A stretch of DNA of 63,343 bases, the filler included, from Sphacelaria rigidula (lineage: Eukaryota), in the NCBI GenBank assembly GCA_964200075.2. It is 7 parts of 7 records of this genome, joined end to end, with 100 filler letters (N's around TTAATTAATTAA, not from the genome) between each part and the next. Parts side by side here need not be neighbours in the genome. Positions count along the whole stretch, not along the records: positions 45,319 to 54,281 come from CAXNAA020009634.1; positions 54,382 to 63,343 come from CAXNAA020009635.1; 5 more parts are not named here. One strand, written 5' to 3'. The notes under the pieces are model-generated. The model was not told the origin of the DNA. It saw nothing but the letters and a program-made list of their open reading frames with translations, and did no database searches. How positions within the stretch are numbered: position 1 is the first letter of the stretch; each line of letters starts with the position of its first letter. The translations under genes were made by a program, and so were the position numbers. Of this stretch, positions 48,739 to 62,200 are shown one piece after another.

Positions 48739-49000
48739 GACACTTTCTACGATAGCCCCCCCCCCCAAAAAAAACAAACCCAGCCAAAAGTGTCACAAAA
48801 AAAATGAGCATACAGCGCCTGATGTTTGGGTTCAGGCTGGTGCATGAAGCGCCTCATGTTGGCAGCACTGGCTAGAACGAACTCAATCGTGAGAATTCCC
48901 AGCTGCTCGTTGTGCTCGCTCTCCCATTTCGATTTTCGTGAAGATTTCGCCTCCCAAAACCATGCACTTTTGGAGGGGGGGGGCTATCGTGGAAAGTGTC
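48739..49000 (+). mobile_element. 262-bp MITE with GAC...GTC ends and perfect 4-bp TSD CCAT
   Basis: TIR GACACTTTC(T/C)ACGATAGCCCCCC. TSD at 48735-48738 and 49001-49004. Subterminal motifs (aaacc.agccaaaa and tgcactttt.g.agggggg) are shared with 42066-42327. Confidence 0.9.
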
Positions 49001-52000
49001 CCATCCACGAAGTACTCGTACAACCAGTCACAGCTTAATACCATACTTGGCCTTCAGACGCGCCCGTACCTGCTTATTCAATTTCAACCTCCACGGTTCA
49101 GATCGTACAAACTGCGGCGCTCCTCTTCAAATGGCATCCTACGGCTCCCACGAACTCTCGTCCTCGTCGAAATCTACCCATTTCACACGTATATGGTAGC
49201 CATCTCCTTCGTGAGCCTCAGATATACCGACGATGGCTTCCATCTCGAATTCTCCTCAAGCATATACATACTGGAACACCTCCTTCAGATCCACGGCGAC
49301 CTCCAGTTCGTTGTCCGCGTATTACGGAAGACGTGCGATATGCGCGTCCTTCATCTCGCCATTCGCAATATCGTGAACCTCGTAGACATTTTTTTGCTCC
49401 GCTGCCGCGATCCTTCAAGGCCCTGTCCACGTACCTACGAGTTTCTGCGTTGTTTCTGAGCGCCTCACCCTCGCAGCCAACACATGATCGCCCATCATGA
49501 TATTTGGCAACTGTCCCTTACTGGCAACACGTCGTTGCAGTTCACGAGTCTTCTCAACACGCTGCGTCACCTCCTTGTGCAACTCTTGCTGCGCCTCCAC
49601 CACTGATCCCACCTGCTCCGGCAGCATGTCTTCATCCAGCATATCAGGCCGCCATTCGCCGCCGGTCGACGATGCCAGGGTCGAAAGACCCGTGCGCCGC
49701 GCACGTCCAAACATCACATGGTATAGCGTACTGGCGTAGCGCTTGCGGAATGCCGTATTCAACGCCCACTGCACGGCAGGCACCAGTCCCACCCAGTCAC
49801 GAATATCGCGCTTCTTTTCTTGCAGCATGGCCTTCAGAGTACGGACAACCTTTCGCATCATCCTTTCACACGTACCATTTGACCACGGCGAGTTTGGAAC
49901 CGCAAACCTTCTGTCCAGCTTCAGCGCCTTCTCCAGTGCTCGCATCACCCGGTTCTTGAAATGCGATGCGGTGTCACTGACCCAAACCTTCGGCAGACCC
50001 AACGTTTTGCACCACGTCAACAGGTGCTGCACCGTCGCTGCAGCTCTACAAGACTCGGTGGGCTTCAACCACACGAAATTGCTCAGATCATCCATTATTA
50101 CTAAATGTACTTGTACCCGCCGCCTTCATCCAGGCCGCTCTCGCCCAGCAGACCACTCTTCCCAACGTACACATGATCAAAATGCATCACCTGGCCGGGC
50201 CATGTGCCATGGACGTCTCCCCTAGTGGCCGCGGGACCGTCTCACCCGCTTTCGAGTCCACACGATGCAAGCATGTCCTCACAAAATCTGTCACGTGAGC
50301 TTCCATCCGAAACCAACAGCGATACCCTTGCAGCCGCTGCCGTGTCGCCACAACACCCCGGTGACCGGCTCATTTCATGTGAGCACACACCATCAAGCGT
50401 GTTGCAGCTCTTTGGCTTGCGGCGGGATCCACAACACATTCCGCCCTGCTACATGCACAAGAAATAAACCCCCACCGTCTTCCGGAACTCGACCAACAGC
50501 TGCTGCAAAAGAAGGGGCTCCAGCAACCATCTCTCCGAACCCTGCTTGAGCCTGCTCTTGGGCCTCACGAATAGCGTCCTTCGACGGTAGCGTTTCATCA
50601 CGCTGACCGCTCGCAAACACGACCACAGCACGCATAGACACCGCCGGAACGTTCACCCACCTTGACAGGAACCCCCCCGAACAGTTGCGCTCACCAGCAA
50701 TATGCCTGATGGTGTAATCGTACTGCCCGAGCACAGCCTTTCATTGCTTGAGCCTCTGGGCAGCAGTCTTGAACACGGATGCCACGCACGCCTCCGGGTC
50801 GAAAATATATGCTAGGTTACGATGATCGGTGAAAATATGTACCCCACCCCATAAAAGATACTCCAACCTACGGAAAGTACTTACGATGGCATAGCCTCCC
50901 TTGTCCACCGTAGCCCAACAAACCTGCGTTCCACGAAAAAATCCGCTGATAAACCCCATCGGCTCATGGCTCATGTCTTCCACCGCCAATGTACCACCAA
51001 GCTCATCCTCCGACACCTGCGTAAGAAACCCCCCCCCCCCCCCCCCCCCACCCCCCACCCGCCCCCCCGCACCTGAAGACCACCCCACCCCCCCCCGGCG
51101 CAGGTGGCGGAACGGCAGCGCGCGCNNNNNNNNNNCCCCCCCCGCCGAAAAAACCCCCCCCCCCCCCCCCCAGAGTAGATCCGGTACGCCTGGAAACATA
51201 AGCACCTCATACCCTTGCTTGGGGTATGGCGAAGCGACAGCATGCGCCACCAAATCTTGAGCATCGTGCCTCGCCTGAGCACGCCTGAACGTTCATGCCG
51301 ACTCCTCGATTGTCCGGTTTGACGCCACTCGCTTGGTACGGCGCACGTTCTCGCATGTGCTCCTCCAGTAATGCACGCAGCGGCTCCACCACCTCCTCCA
51401 AACGCGGCAGGGACGTCCTCAGTCAGTTTACCGCCTGCAGAAACTGCATTAGTTCGCCTGCTGTGCGCTGGCGCCTACGATTGGCCAGCCCGCTCAGTCT
51501 CTCGCGGTCATGAGCCACTTGATCACCTGAAAAGACCTTCCCGCACCACGTGATCTATGTGTCGTAGAACATGCACTTGTGCGCACGCCGCAAACAGGCC
51601 AGCGTCCTCTAAACGGCCCGAAATCGCGTCCAGTGTACACGACAGATCGTCCTGGTCTTTACCCCACCACAAGAAATCATCCACCCATTCTTTGCACTGA
51701 CGTCCGGCCAAAACCCCTGTCATGACGCCTTGAAAATACCCCGTAGCATTCAACACACCTTGCGTCCCCTTTGTGGGGGTAAACAGACCTTCGGGAGTCG
51801 CGATCGTGAATATTTGATGAGTATTAGCCGCCAACGGCATCTGCCAGTAACCTTGCAGCGTATCAATCTTGCCAGAACAAATAACTCCTAGCAAATCGAC
51901 CATCTCCGCCTCGTTGTTAGGTATGACATCGGGAACCTTCTCAATCTGCTTGTGTACCGTGCAATATTCACTCACCGATCGATAACCGCCCTTCTTCGGC

Positions 52001-54186
52001 GTCGCCACAGCCGCACTCCCTCACACTGGCTGTAAGCTGCGAAATACGAGCCCGAACGCCACCAGCGTCGCCATACACCCCGCCAACCATGTCTTTGCAG
52101 GAGAATACACCCGCGGGCTCGCCTTGACTGCTTTAGCCCCAGGTTTGAATATCACCTTGAATGGCTCTACACGAGCTGGCGGATCACCGCACAGCGCTCG
52201 CCGAAGAGCGTTGGTACGGCGCCCGACAACCTCCCGAAGCTTACCACCGCCGCTCGCCGACATACCCTCATCTGCGGCCGCCTCGCATGACCCAGTGCAA
52301 CACGACGCTCTGCCAGCTCCTCCTCTCGAGTCATGTTGATCTCGGGACCACGCGACATCAATCGCTCAACGGAGGGATCCACAGACTCCCCTTGTCCACC
52401 TTGATCCTGTAACGCCCCAATCGCAATGCTTACACGCCTACATTCTCGGATTTCAGGCGTATCCACACCTGTCAAAAACGCGTTTATTGACCGTGCGCAT
52501 GCGTCCAGCCCACTAAACACGTCAACGCCCATGGCCTCCGGCGTATCGCCCCCGATGATCACCACATCATCGGTACCTAGCATAACCACATGATGACACG
52601 GGTCCAACACCACCGGCCCCCAGCTGTTTTGCAGAGCAGTGTGCACTAGGCACGTTTTCGACCTCATACTCCGCACATTACCATCGGCTAGTTTCACCGA
52701 GTGCGCACGAGCCATGCTCGTGACAACGTGCACATCAGGAAACACTGCTTGCAACTCGGCCGCCACTTTTTCAGACATGATAGTGATGCCAGCCCCCGAG
52801 TCCAAAACTAGGGCAAACGTTCCTGGCTGCGGAACCAGGAACAGATGGGTCCTCTCGGCAGCATCGCTGCTTGCTGTCAACGACCACACCCTCAGCCTGT
52901 AAACCTGCAACCTCAGCAGCAAGCCCCGCCATACCGGCACTGTCTGAGACGTCCACTCCTGAACCGGTCCCGCCGGCAGTGAGGTTAAGCTGCAGGAGCT
53001 GGAGCAGAAGGCTGGGGCGGCAACCTACTATCCGCACTGTTAGCACCCCCCTTGCGTTCCATCCCCTGGGAAAACAGCCCGTGTGGGAGCAGAACCTTTA
53101 CTGCCCCCCCCCGTTGACAATGAACCTGTTGCTGTTGCTGCTGATGCTGCTGCTGCTGCTGCTGCGGCGGCGGCAACTTTGCTTGCGCACCTCACGCACT
53201 CACCGTGGCCGCAGGTGTGCTCTGTCTCTTACGGTCCTCCTTGTAGTGATCCTTCTCGCCACACTCGAAGCAGCCTGCGTAGCTAGGACCAGGTGCGTGA
53301 GGCCTTTTCGAGCTAGAACCGCCACCACCCGCTGCGGCGGCCGCAGCCGCTGAGGCAGCCTGCGATGTCCGTTTTTCAAACCTTGTAAACAGCTCTTTTG
53401 CCCAAGTTGCGGCTGCTGGCGGCGTTGTTTGGTCTTTTCCACAGTCTTCCATGTTTCTGCCAAGTCATGAGCTACCTCATACACCGATCTCGGGCTCTCT
53501 TTCCAGTCCCCTTTTATATGGAGTATATTTTGAACTTTATTCTCGAACTCAGGTGGAGTCAGGCCGGCGAGCATAGCTCTGGTAATTATGTGTGCTGGAC
53601 CAGCCTTAAACGCACGGTGAGATTCAACGAAAACGCACCCCGCACCCACATTCTCCGCAAAGTACTCTTGTAACGAACTAACTCCATTGCCCTTCTACTC
53701 GACTCATTGCAGTTGTTTCAGATCTTGCAGCAAGCGCCTTTTTTACGCCTGCTGCAGCTCCGAAGGATTGATTTTCATATCAGTCCAGCATTTCGCGTGG
53801 CGTGCAATCCCTCGCTGCAGTTCGTCTTCTGCGAGTGCCAGCCAGTCAAAAATGGTGTCAGATATGCGATTCTGAATGTGCTTGGGCACCAACTCTTGCA
53901 TGGTTAACAGTGCGCAATTAAGCGTCTAGGCTTGATTACTCCTTACCACCGCCTCCTCGTGGTCTCGATATTTTCGATAAAAACGTCTTGAGGCCTGATC
54001 ACGAAACACTCGTCCATATTTGGGCACTTTCAACGCTTCACTCAGAGTCAACTCGGTTACTCGAAACCTCACCTTATCAACCTTCTCGCTGGTGCCACCT
54101 CCCCTTCACGATGCCATCCTTCCAACAGCCTCATGTCACCGCAGTCGCCTTGGATTTGTGTGGCCTGCGCCTCTCTCTCCGCCGCT

Positions 54187-54223
<37 letters not shown>

Positions 54224-54281
54224 CCCCCCCGCTCTCCCCCAATTAACCACCGTCGGGCGGCGCAAACAAAAATACACAACA

Positions 54282-54381
54282 NNNNNNNNNNNNNNNNNNN
54301 NNNNNNNNNNNNNNNNNNNNNNNNNTTAATTAATTAANNNNNNNNNNNNNNNNNNNNNNNNNNNNNNNNNNNNNNNNNNNN
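54282..54381. other. Artificial contig spacer
   Basis: N44-TTAATTAATTAA-N44. Confidence 0.98.
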
Positions 54382-55557
54382 GCGTGGAGAGAACGAGGGT
54401 TCGATTCGCGAGGCGTTGGGGTGTGGGGTGGTGATGTGTGAGGGGGACGGTGGAGACCTACTCATTTGTTGCTTGTCTTAGTCGTTTGACCATTGACCAC
54501 GCATCCCTTTCGAGACGAAGCGCGCGGGGGGGGACGCTAGAGAGCATGCAAGGACCCCAGCGACAGTTTTTCTCCATGGTGGGTCGAGGACACGTCCCCT
54601 GAGCCCATCGAATTCCCTGCAAATTTTCCGTTGTGAGCAAAATGTTTGGTTTGGTGACGGATCGAGCGATATATATACTACGGAGTATGTATTAGAGAGA
54701 GAAAAAGAGGTGAAAAGCACAGGTCAACCGCGGAATAGTATGCCACTAAAAACTGACACCAACTTGTTTGTGTAACGTACTAAATCGTCTGTGTACGGCA
54801 AGCATTACCCGGTGAAGAGAAACTACCATCGTGTTCACCTCCATGCCCATGCGGACGCGTTCGAGCAGTGCTGTCACCGCTGACAGTCCTGTGCTCTCCT
54901 GCCTGCGCAGATGCAAACAAAACACAAGATCACCCACGCAAGGAAGAAGGAACGGAAACTCTTCGTGAGTGAAGGCGTTCAAGCGATTTGATCCGGAAGT
55001 AAGGTTGCTATACTTCACTGCATTATAGGTTGCATGGCACTTCGTGAGCTTAGACCGTTTGATCAAGTGGTGCTTCCAATACATATAAATTGATGGTGTG
55101 TACGGTATTGTTCAGAATCTGCATCTGTTGGCTGCCATTCTAGAACAGTTTCCGTCGCTGCGTTTTGGGTCAGATAACCCCTTTCCGTCGGACGCTTCTA
55201 GCGTCTTCATCGCGGGATGATCCACGTATTTTACTCAAACAAATCCCTGACATATCCATTATACCAAAATAACACCAGTCGCGCTCCGAGAATGACACCG
55301 GCTCTACTGGAAGCCGTTCAAAGTTCTACTTTCGAAAAAAAATTAACAGGTGGTAAAAAGAAGCACTTTTGTCGAACAAACTCATGGCGATTTTGAATAA
55401 AAGTGACCCCAAAGAAATTGAACAGGCCCTAAATTTCGGTTGGGCGCTCGAAATCAGGAGACGATTCTGAACGCTTGACGACCTGTTCAAAATTGGCACA
55501 AGAAAAAAACATAGGACATGTCATGTTTTACTGACTGTACTACAACCGGAACCGGTC

Positions 55558-55894
55558 GCCCCGGTGGCTCAGTTGGGAACCTCGAAACCTTCCGACGATC
55601 GGGTCGTGGGTTCAATTCTCGGAGTGATATGGGATTTTTTCTCACACCATGCCCAACAGTGGAGAGCGACTATGTCGTGGGTACACAAAATTCGACTTAA
55701 CCATCGACGAGGGAAAGGGAGTACTGAACCCCTCTCGCGATAAAAATAAATGCAAGCACCGCAGAAGGACGGTGGGGAACTAGAAAAAATAATAATAAAA
55801 GCTCCTGTGTGACCCCGGCTGGTGCGCCCACTTATACCGAAAGGTGTAGACCGGCGTCCAGAATAGAGGGGACGACAACACACACACACACACA
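55558..55894 (+). mobile_element. tRNA-derived SINE with (CA)n tail
   Basis: Pol III A box TGGCTCAGTTGG (55565) and B box GGTTCAATTC (55609) without a full cloverleaf. The body ends in (CA)n, and the 3' part is repeated at 10977-11090. Confidence 0.82.
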
Positions 55895-58800
55895 ACTCTC
55901 TCATGTGCTGCATCTGTCACCGCACTGTCGTGTGCTCAGACCTTGCAAAAACTGCCTGGCCTCTGCTAGAATTTCCGGAGCTGCTGTACTGCTTCTGTGT
56001 TTCGAACATCTACAGTCGACAGGCAGTGCTATCTAGTTCAAGTTGAAAATGCTCTACAGTAGAGAGTTCCGGAAGATGTTTCTTTTCATCATAGAGTCAG
56101 AGTGCAGAGTGGAAGCTTCGAATCTTCAAAATGGACGTTAAAAGTTCACAGCGGAAGTCGATGTTACGTGGTTTGGCGTGATTTGTTTTGTCGCAGTGAT
56201 TGACCGCAGTGCCCCGCCAAATGTACGATCGACCAGCGTCCAGTTTAAAAGTGCATAGACCGGCACAACACTGACTGTGTCGTACACTGCGGCATCGTAC
56301 GCACCGTACACCACGCTTCTTCACTGCACCTGCAGTATTTCAATCCACTACGGCGCACTACACGACACTGTAGTGCTGTGCAGCGTGGAGTACAGCGCAT
56401 TACAGAGAGTGCAACACAGAACCCTACAACAGTGCATTGAGATGCGGTGTACTTCTGTACAGCGATACCGTGGAGAGGGTCAGTTGTACAAACAGTTGCA
56501 CATATAGTACGTTACGCAGCACTTTCAAACAGCAGACCTCGGTCGTATGGCAATGATTTCTCCACATGCCACCCACAACGGTGGCGCAAGACGTCATGAT
56601 CTCTCACGGGATGGGAATACAGCCAGGTGTAGTAATGCTTGCGCGCTGTAGACTACGAATCGTTCCCACCGTCTTCTTCCGGCTGAAGCTGGCAAGAGTG
56701 AGGAATTGCACCCAAGGCAGCGTGTATCCGTCGAGTAATTGAATTTTCACGCAAAGCAAGCAAGCGAATGCTGATACCATGGCGGCATCAGGGAGGGCTT
56801 GTGATTGCGATGCCAAGATTTTCTACTTCGTGGATGGCCCATTGTGATGAGTATGGTAGTTTTGATGGATGATGAATGTCCCACTTTGCTTGTTAGGGTG
56901 TATTGACTTTGGACTGGACATGGCCATGGTGGTAAAGGTGGGCGCGATTCTTTTTCATTCCGCTGTGAGCGCTGAAGAGGAACAACGGTAATCAGAGTGA
57001 AGTGGTGCAAACGGCACTACCAGTCTGAAAAAATCCCCGTGAAAAAAACTTCAGAGCGGAAAGTGCACCGTCACCGGCTATTTTTTCTTTCACTCTGACT
57101 CTTAGATGAGAAAAAAACGTTTTCCGAAACTCTCTAGTATGCCTTTCGCGTTGGATGTTGTGTCGATCGCAACGAACAAGGTTCTCGGTGCGCAGACCCA
57201 GCATTCTTGTCCTCTAGCTGCCACGGTAGCGTGTTGCCCTGCGAAGACGGTTTGATCTGTGCAGAGGATTGTTTGAACTGCTGTACTGTTGTTGAGTCCC
57301 GGTCGGTACACAAGTCTAGACACCGCCGAAAGTGCCAAAATCATGGTGTGTTGGATGCGTTGTGTCGCTTGAAAAATGAACACCGCGATTTGTGCTCAAA
57401 TCCATCATTTCTATGCTGTATTTGTCGTTGTACCCTTCAACCACGGTTTGATCTAAGCTCGAGATTGTCTGAGATGCTGTACTGCCGCTGGTCTGGCCTG
57501 TACAGAATTTAGGTAGGAGTAAAATGCTATTGACACAAAGTTGGAGAAGCCACGTGATCGATATGCAGTCGTTATGCATTCTTTGGGTGTTGTTGTACAG
57601 GTGCACAACTCCTGGGTCACGCCAACTTCAGTATACCTTGTATATGTACAAATCCAACTCTATGCCATAAAAGAGTGTTTTCTGGTCCCCGTCCAGAACT
57701 GCGGCAGGCAAAAAACGGCGATGATTTGAAAAAACAATAATTTTGAACGGCTCCAATTAGAGTTGGCCTGAATAATAACAGCTGTGATGATTTTCGGAGC
57801 AGTTTGAAATGGAGTAGTCACGTGCCCGGTGGTCGTGTACTGCATCACATAAGCCCCGTTGAAGTGAGAGGACGGCAGCGAAGCCTTGGTCAACTCCCGT
57901 TACTGCACTGGCCAAAATACCGCGTTTGGTGAATCATTCATTACACATGCTGTTTCGCAGGATGTGAACGGGATCGAGATGATCCCTTTTACAGTACTCG
58001 TATTCTAGGCGCCACAACATGACGATGCACGTCGCTGCCAGCATGCGCAACCGACGCACTCAGTGCCTGGTGTATCGACACAGACAGTCTGCAGGATCAA
58101 GGTTACGGTTAAGATCAGGCAACACGCAGAGGTATTAACAACAAGGCAATACCAGAGGTACACTGACGTATGTTAGGACGAATACCTAAGACCTATGCAC
58201 GGCACCTGAGGGTAGCTTTTCCCTGCACTCTCTACCGTGCCCAGATGACGAGGTATAGCACCCAGGGTGATCGGAATTTCAACATGTTATTCTTCGAGAG
58301 GGGACAACCTTCATCCGCAGAGAAGTCCGTACCAGAGCATATATCAAAGATATTTTTGGAATATCTCATACTTCGGTGGCGTTGTACTTCATGGGCACAT
58401 CGACCTCGAGCTTAGACAAGCGAAAATCCTTATCCCTGTGTGGGGGGAGGGGGTGTTATCCTACGTCATTTGCAATAGGAGATTCCCGCCAAAATCATGA
58501 ACGCCTGACCTCACACCCCAACCGAGAGCATATACAAGACCAGTCGATGTATAACGAGTCCTTTACAAGTCTCAAACGCCAAAAAGTAGCTGCAACATAC
58601 CCAAGCTCTACCATGCACAAATTTGCGTTGATCGAAAAATATGCGGCGTAACCTCATGGTCGACTTTTTGAAATGTTGAATGGCAAAGCATAGTACCGTG
58701 AGACACTAAGTGCAATGCTGTCACCTCAAGAGTTGAGTGCACAACCCCACAGCATCCGCTGCCGTTGCACTATTAACGACCACTTCCAGCATGAAATCAC

Positions 58801-59143
58801 TCTCCATCCTGCCTTTTTGCTGCTCCGAGAAACTACCAGCTAGCAACTGTCAGCTGCAGACTCAAACTAGCCCACGGTTACCGCGACATCGCAGACCCGT
58901 AGGTCACAACTAGAACAGCGGCCCTGCTGGTTTGCAGCTCAAACGTAGCCGCGTACGATAACTGTCCTGACACCAGTGCAAAGCAAGCACAGTTGTGGAG
59001 GAATTAATCGCGATTTTTAGCAAGGCATGCTCCTAATCGTATCGGTCGCGTAATTTCACTCATTGGGCACAGCAGTCCAGGATACATTATTTTTGTTGTT
59101 CGAGATCGCAGAAAACAACACGAACGGAGCGAATCCATACGAG

Positions 59144-59243
<100 letters not shown>

Positions 59244-62200
59244 ATCTCACATTAGCTGATTGCAACAATCCAGCCCGTAGTCAGGAGCAGCAAAAAAAAG
59301 AACAGAATAATGAAAGAGAAGAAAAGGGAAGGAACAGAAAAGGACAGAAGCAGCGGCCTCAGAACGGAAAGAAGAAAGGCAGCAGCGATAACGACAAAAA
59401 CACCACCACCACCAACAACAACAACAACAAAAAACAAGAAGAGCAGGAACAAACAACAATAGCAATGACGACAACATAACAACAAATATGTGTACCCGTT
59501 TCAGGTAGGTTGTGCTTTGAATGTGCAATATCAGGTACGGTAGCTGGATGAAATGGGAGATGCTTGTCTTACTTGAGGGATAGTGGATGGAGGTTGTACT
59601 CCCCTTTCTCCTTCCCCTCTCTGCTTAGTGTGTTTGCTGCCCCCTTGTGCTGGTGCTATCGGGCGAAATTATCAAGAAAACCTATACAACTTCGTATGTG
59701 ACTTCCACCGCGACAGTCGGTGTTGTGTGAGTTTGTCTCACGGCGTCTTGGTTGAGCAGATGGTGCGGTTTGAACTAGAGATAGATGGGTATCGTATCCC
59801 AAATCTCGATATACTTACCTCAATATATCCGGGATATGTCGCACGATTTATCACCTGAAATCGCACGATAACGTCGTGCGTATCCCGCGATAAATCGTGC
59901 AATACGTGATATCGCTGTATAAAAAATACGATATGTAACAGCGGATCCTAATTTGCGGGGTTGGTATCAAAATTGAGGTTCACGTGGCATATCTTTTTTG
60001 CAGGGATGACGCGAAACAGTTACGCAGAGCGAAACCATCTTACCCCCCAAAAGTCTGCAGCAGTTGAGCAGCTGTGGCTGGGTGCACCGAACAAATGAGG
60101 TATACACGCGTGTCGATGGCGATATCACCAGAGAGAGAAGCAACGACAGAGAGGAAGCTCCTCATCCGTGTCCTTTGTCTGTCCTCGCTCGGCGATTACC
60201 AATCGCTCGAGAGACTGGCATCATGCATCTCATACATGTTACCAGCATGTGCCCAATTTCTCATGTGGCGGTAGGCATGTTATCATGTTGCTGTGCACAG
60301 CCCCCCAAAGAACATCGAGCTGCGGAGGGATGTCGTCTCCTCTTGTCTGTGGAGCTCACCAATGCGAAGATCGATTTTTCTGTGCCTCTCTTTTTGGACA
60401 TAACGCGCCTCTGTGCGCTGAGAAACATGTCGTTGAAAAACAGGGCAATGTTCCCGTCACCGCTACTACTGTTCTCTGCCATACACATGCCAGCAAGGAT
60501 GGGGCGCTACGGCAATAATTACAGATCCAATTTGAACTCAGGGGGTGTTATCCATCGTTGATTTTACCCGACATATGACCCTCTGGGTGCACGACCACAA
60601 GAGCGTGCGATACGCCAGTTGGGGGGGGGGGGGGTATGAGACATCAAACACGTGTGGAGACCTTCTTGACATGCGGAGTGAAAAAAGATACCTACGGTGG
60701 TGACCTAACCGTTGCTAGCGTGGCGCAGAGGCGTGTGTCCATGCTGCAATCTGGAGCACACACTGGCTGCTTAAACACCTCGGTACAGTAGCTTTCAAGA
60801 ATTGACTTCGATGTGAGGAGGTCATGCATTACAATCTGGGACGAGATATGACCCCATGAGGAACAATAGTGCTCTATGATTAACCCCTTGCCGTTGTAAT
60901 TTGACACCCACGCCATCAACCGCTGATCGCAAAGGCCTTGAAGCTAGCTTTCGTCGCTCTACTGTACTGTCTGACGTCTGCACAAATATCACCCGCCGCA
61001 ACAACATGTACGGAATTTTGCAACAGTTGTAAGAACAAAACAGTTCGATTTCCCCAACTACATCCACATGATTGAAAGTACTCTTGTTACCTGAGTAACT
61101 GTGGCTTCCCCGTCCCCCCGCCAGGTATAAACAAACGACGACAGAGTTTTTGCAAGCGCATGTAACACTCGCGGGGGAACGTAGAATTTCTCCTCTATGA
61201 AATCCGCGTTTTCCAACCTGCAAACCGTTTCATGCCCGTTGCTTTCTAATAAGAACGTTAAACTGTCGATTTCTGTTCCGTTCTGTACTGATTGCCGTAA
61301 ATCAATGCTAGCAAAGTTTGGTCTTGTGTTCGATAGTATCTTCGCACGTTTGGCCGGACCCAAAGCGGCCACTTTCTCTCTTGGCACCTACACGGGCATT
61401 GGGGTTGTTTTGCTGATCTTCGTCACATTCCGACGTGATATCGTGGATCAACCGCGATGGTGGTACCACATCCATGCGGCGGTATCAGTGGATTGTTGTA
61501 GGCGCGCTCAGCGTGTTCATGATCTGCGACAATACAGTAGCTGAGTTCTTGACGTATTAATAGTGTATGAGTCGAACTCCAAAACCTACAGGGTGACCTG
61601 TGCCGTGTTGGGGGACGTTCCCTACTGTGGCCACCGGTGTCCATAAGGAGCTGATACGATGACGAAAGCTCAACTAGGAAGGCCTTCAGGCCAACGCATC
61701 GTTCACACAAACCGCACGTCGACCATTCGGACTCTCACGCTGCAGCTGTGCGGCTATTCCGTGTTTTCTCCTCCTTTGTTCGTGGTTGCCCCCCTCCGAG
61801 TTTTTCGTATCGCTTTTTGATTTTCCTGCGGAGACATTACGATACATGAAAACAGCCCAAGGTCTCGGTGGTAGAGCCGGCCAGTAGATGATACTCCACT
61901 TCCCTGAGCTTGGGGAAGAGAGCGATGAAGACCATCGAGGCCCCGGTACCACGAAATTAGAGTAGAGAGCTAAGCCCTCCGTCTTGTCCAAATTTGTCGT
62001 TGACACGTGGTCCGCTACGCCCATTCCGGCGAAGGTCCGCTTGATATCGTGAGGTGTTGGAATCGAGGGAGGTGCAATCGAAGGAAAAGCGCGTGCAGGT
62101 TGTCGGGTTGTACTTGCGCTTTTGTTTTCGGGATTGTCTGTGTAAGTTACGTGTGGTAAATGCGAGCGTTGTACTGGAAGCACGCCGTCTCGATGGGGCG

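Larger units (their letters stand above)
48263..54150 (-). mobile_element. Decayed chromodomain-bearing Ty3/Gypsy LTR retrotransposon (gag-PR-RT-RH-IN-CHD and 3' LTR), 5' end lost at the contig end
   Basis: Degenerate Zn knuckle CFECGEKDHYKEDR, protease LDSGA, RT (KIDTLQGYWQ, WVDD), RNase H (IFTDHRNLAY), integrase (WVSDTASHF, SNGTCERM, WTGP) and chromodomain EFEMEAIVG...YHIRVKWVDFDEDESSWEP at about 49140-49255. Many disruptions. Confidence 0.95.

Noticed and set aside
51030-51170. Gly/Pro-rich insert within the Gypsy RNase H region
   Set aside because: Poly-C runs flanking a 10-N gap. Likely a local assembly artefact, like the homopolymer runs at several contig ends.
56600-58100. Possible decayed LINE coding sequence on the minus strand
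   Set aside because: Only vague similarity by eye, with no RT or endonuclease catalytic motif identified.
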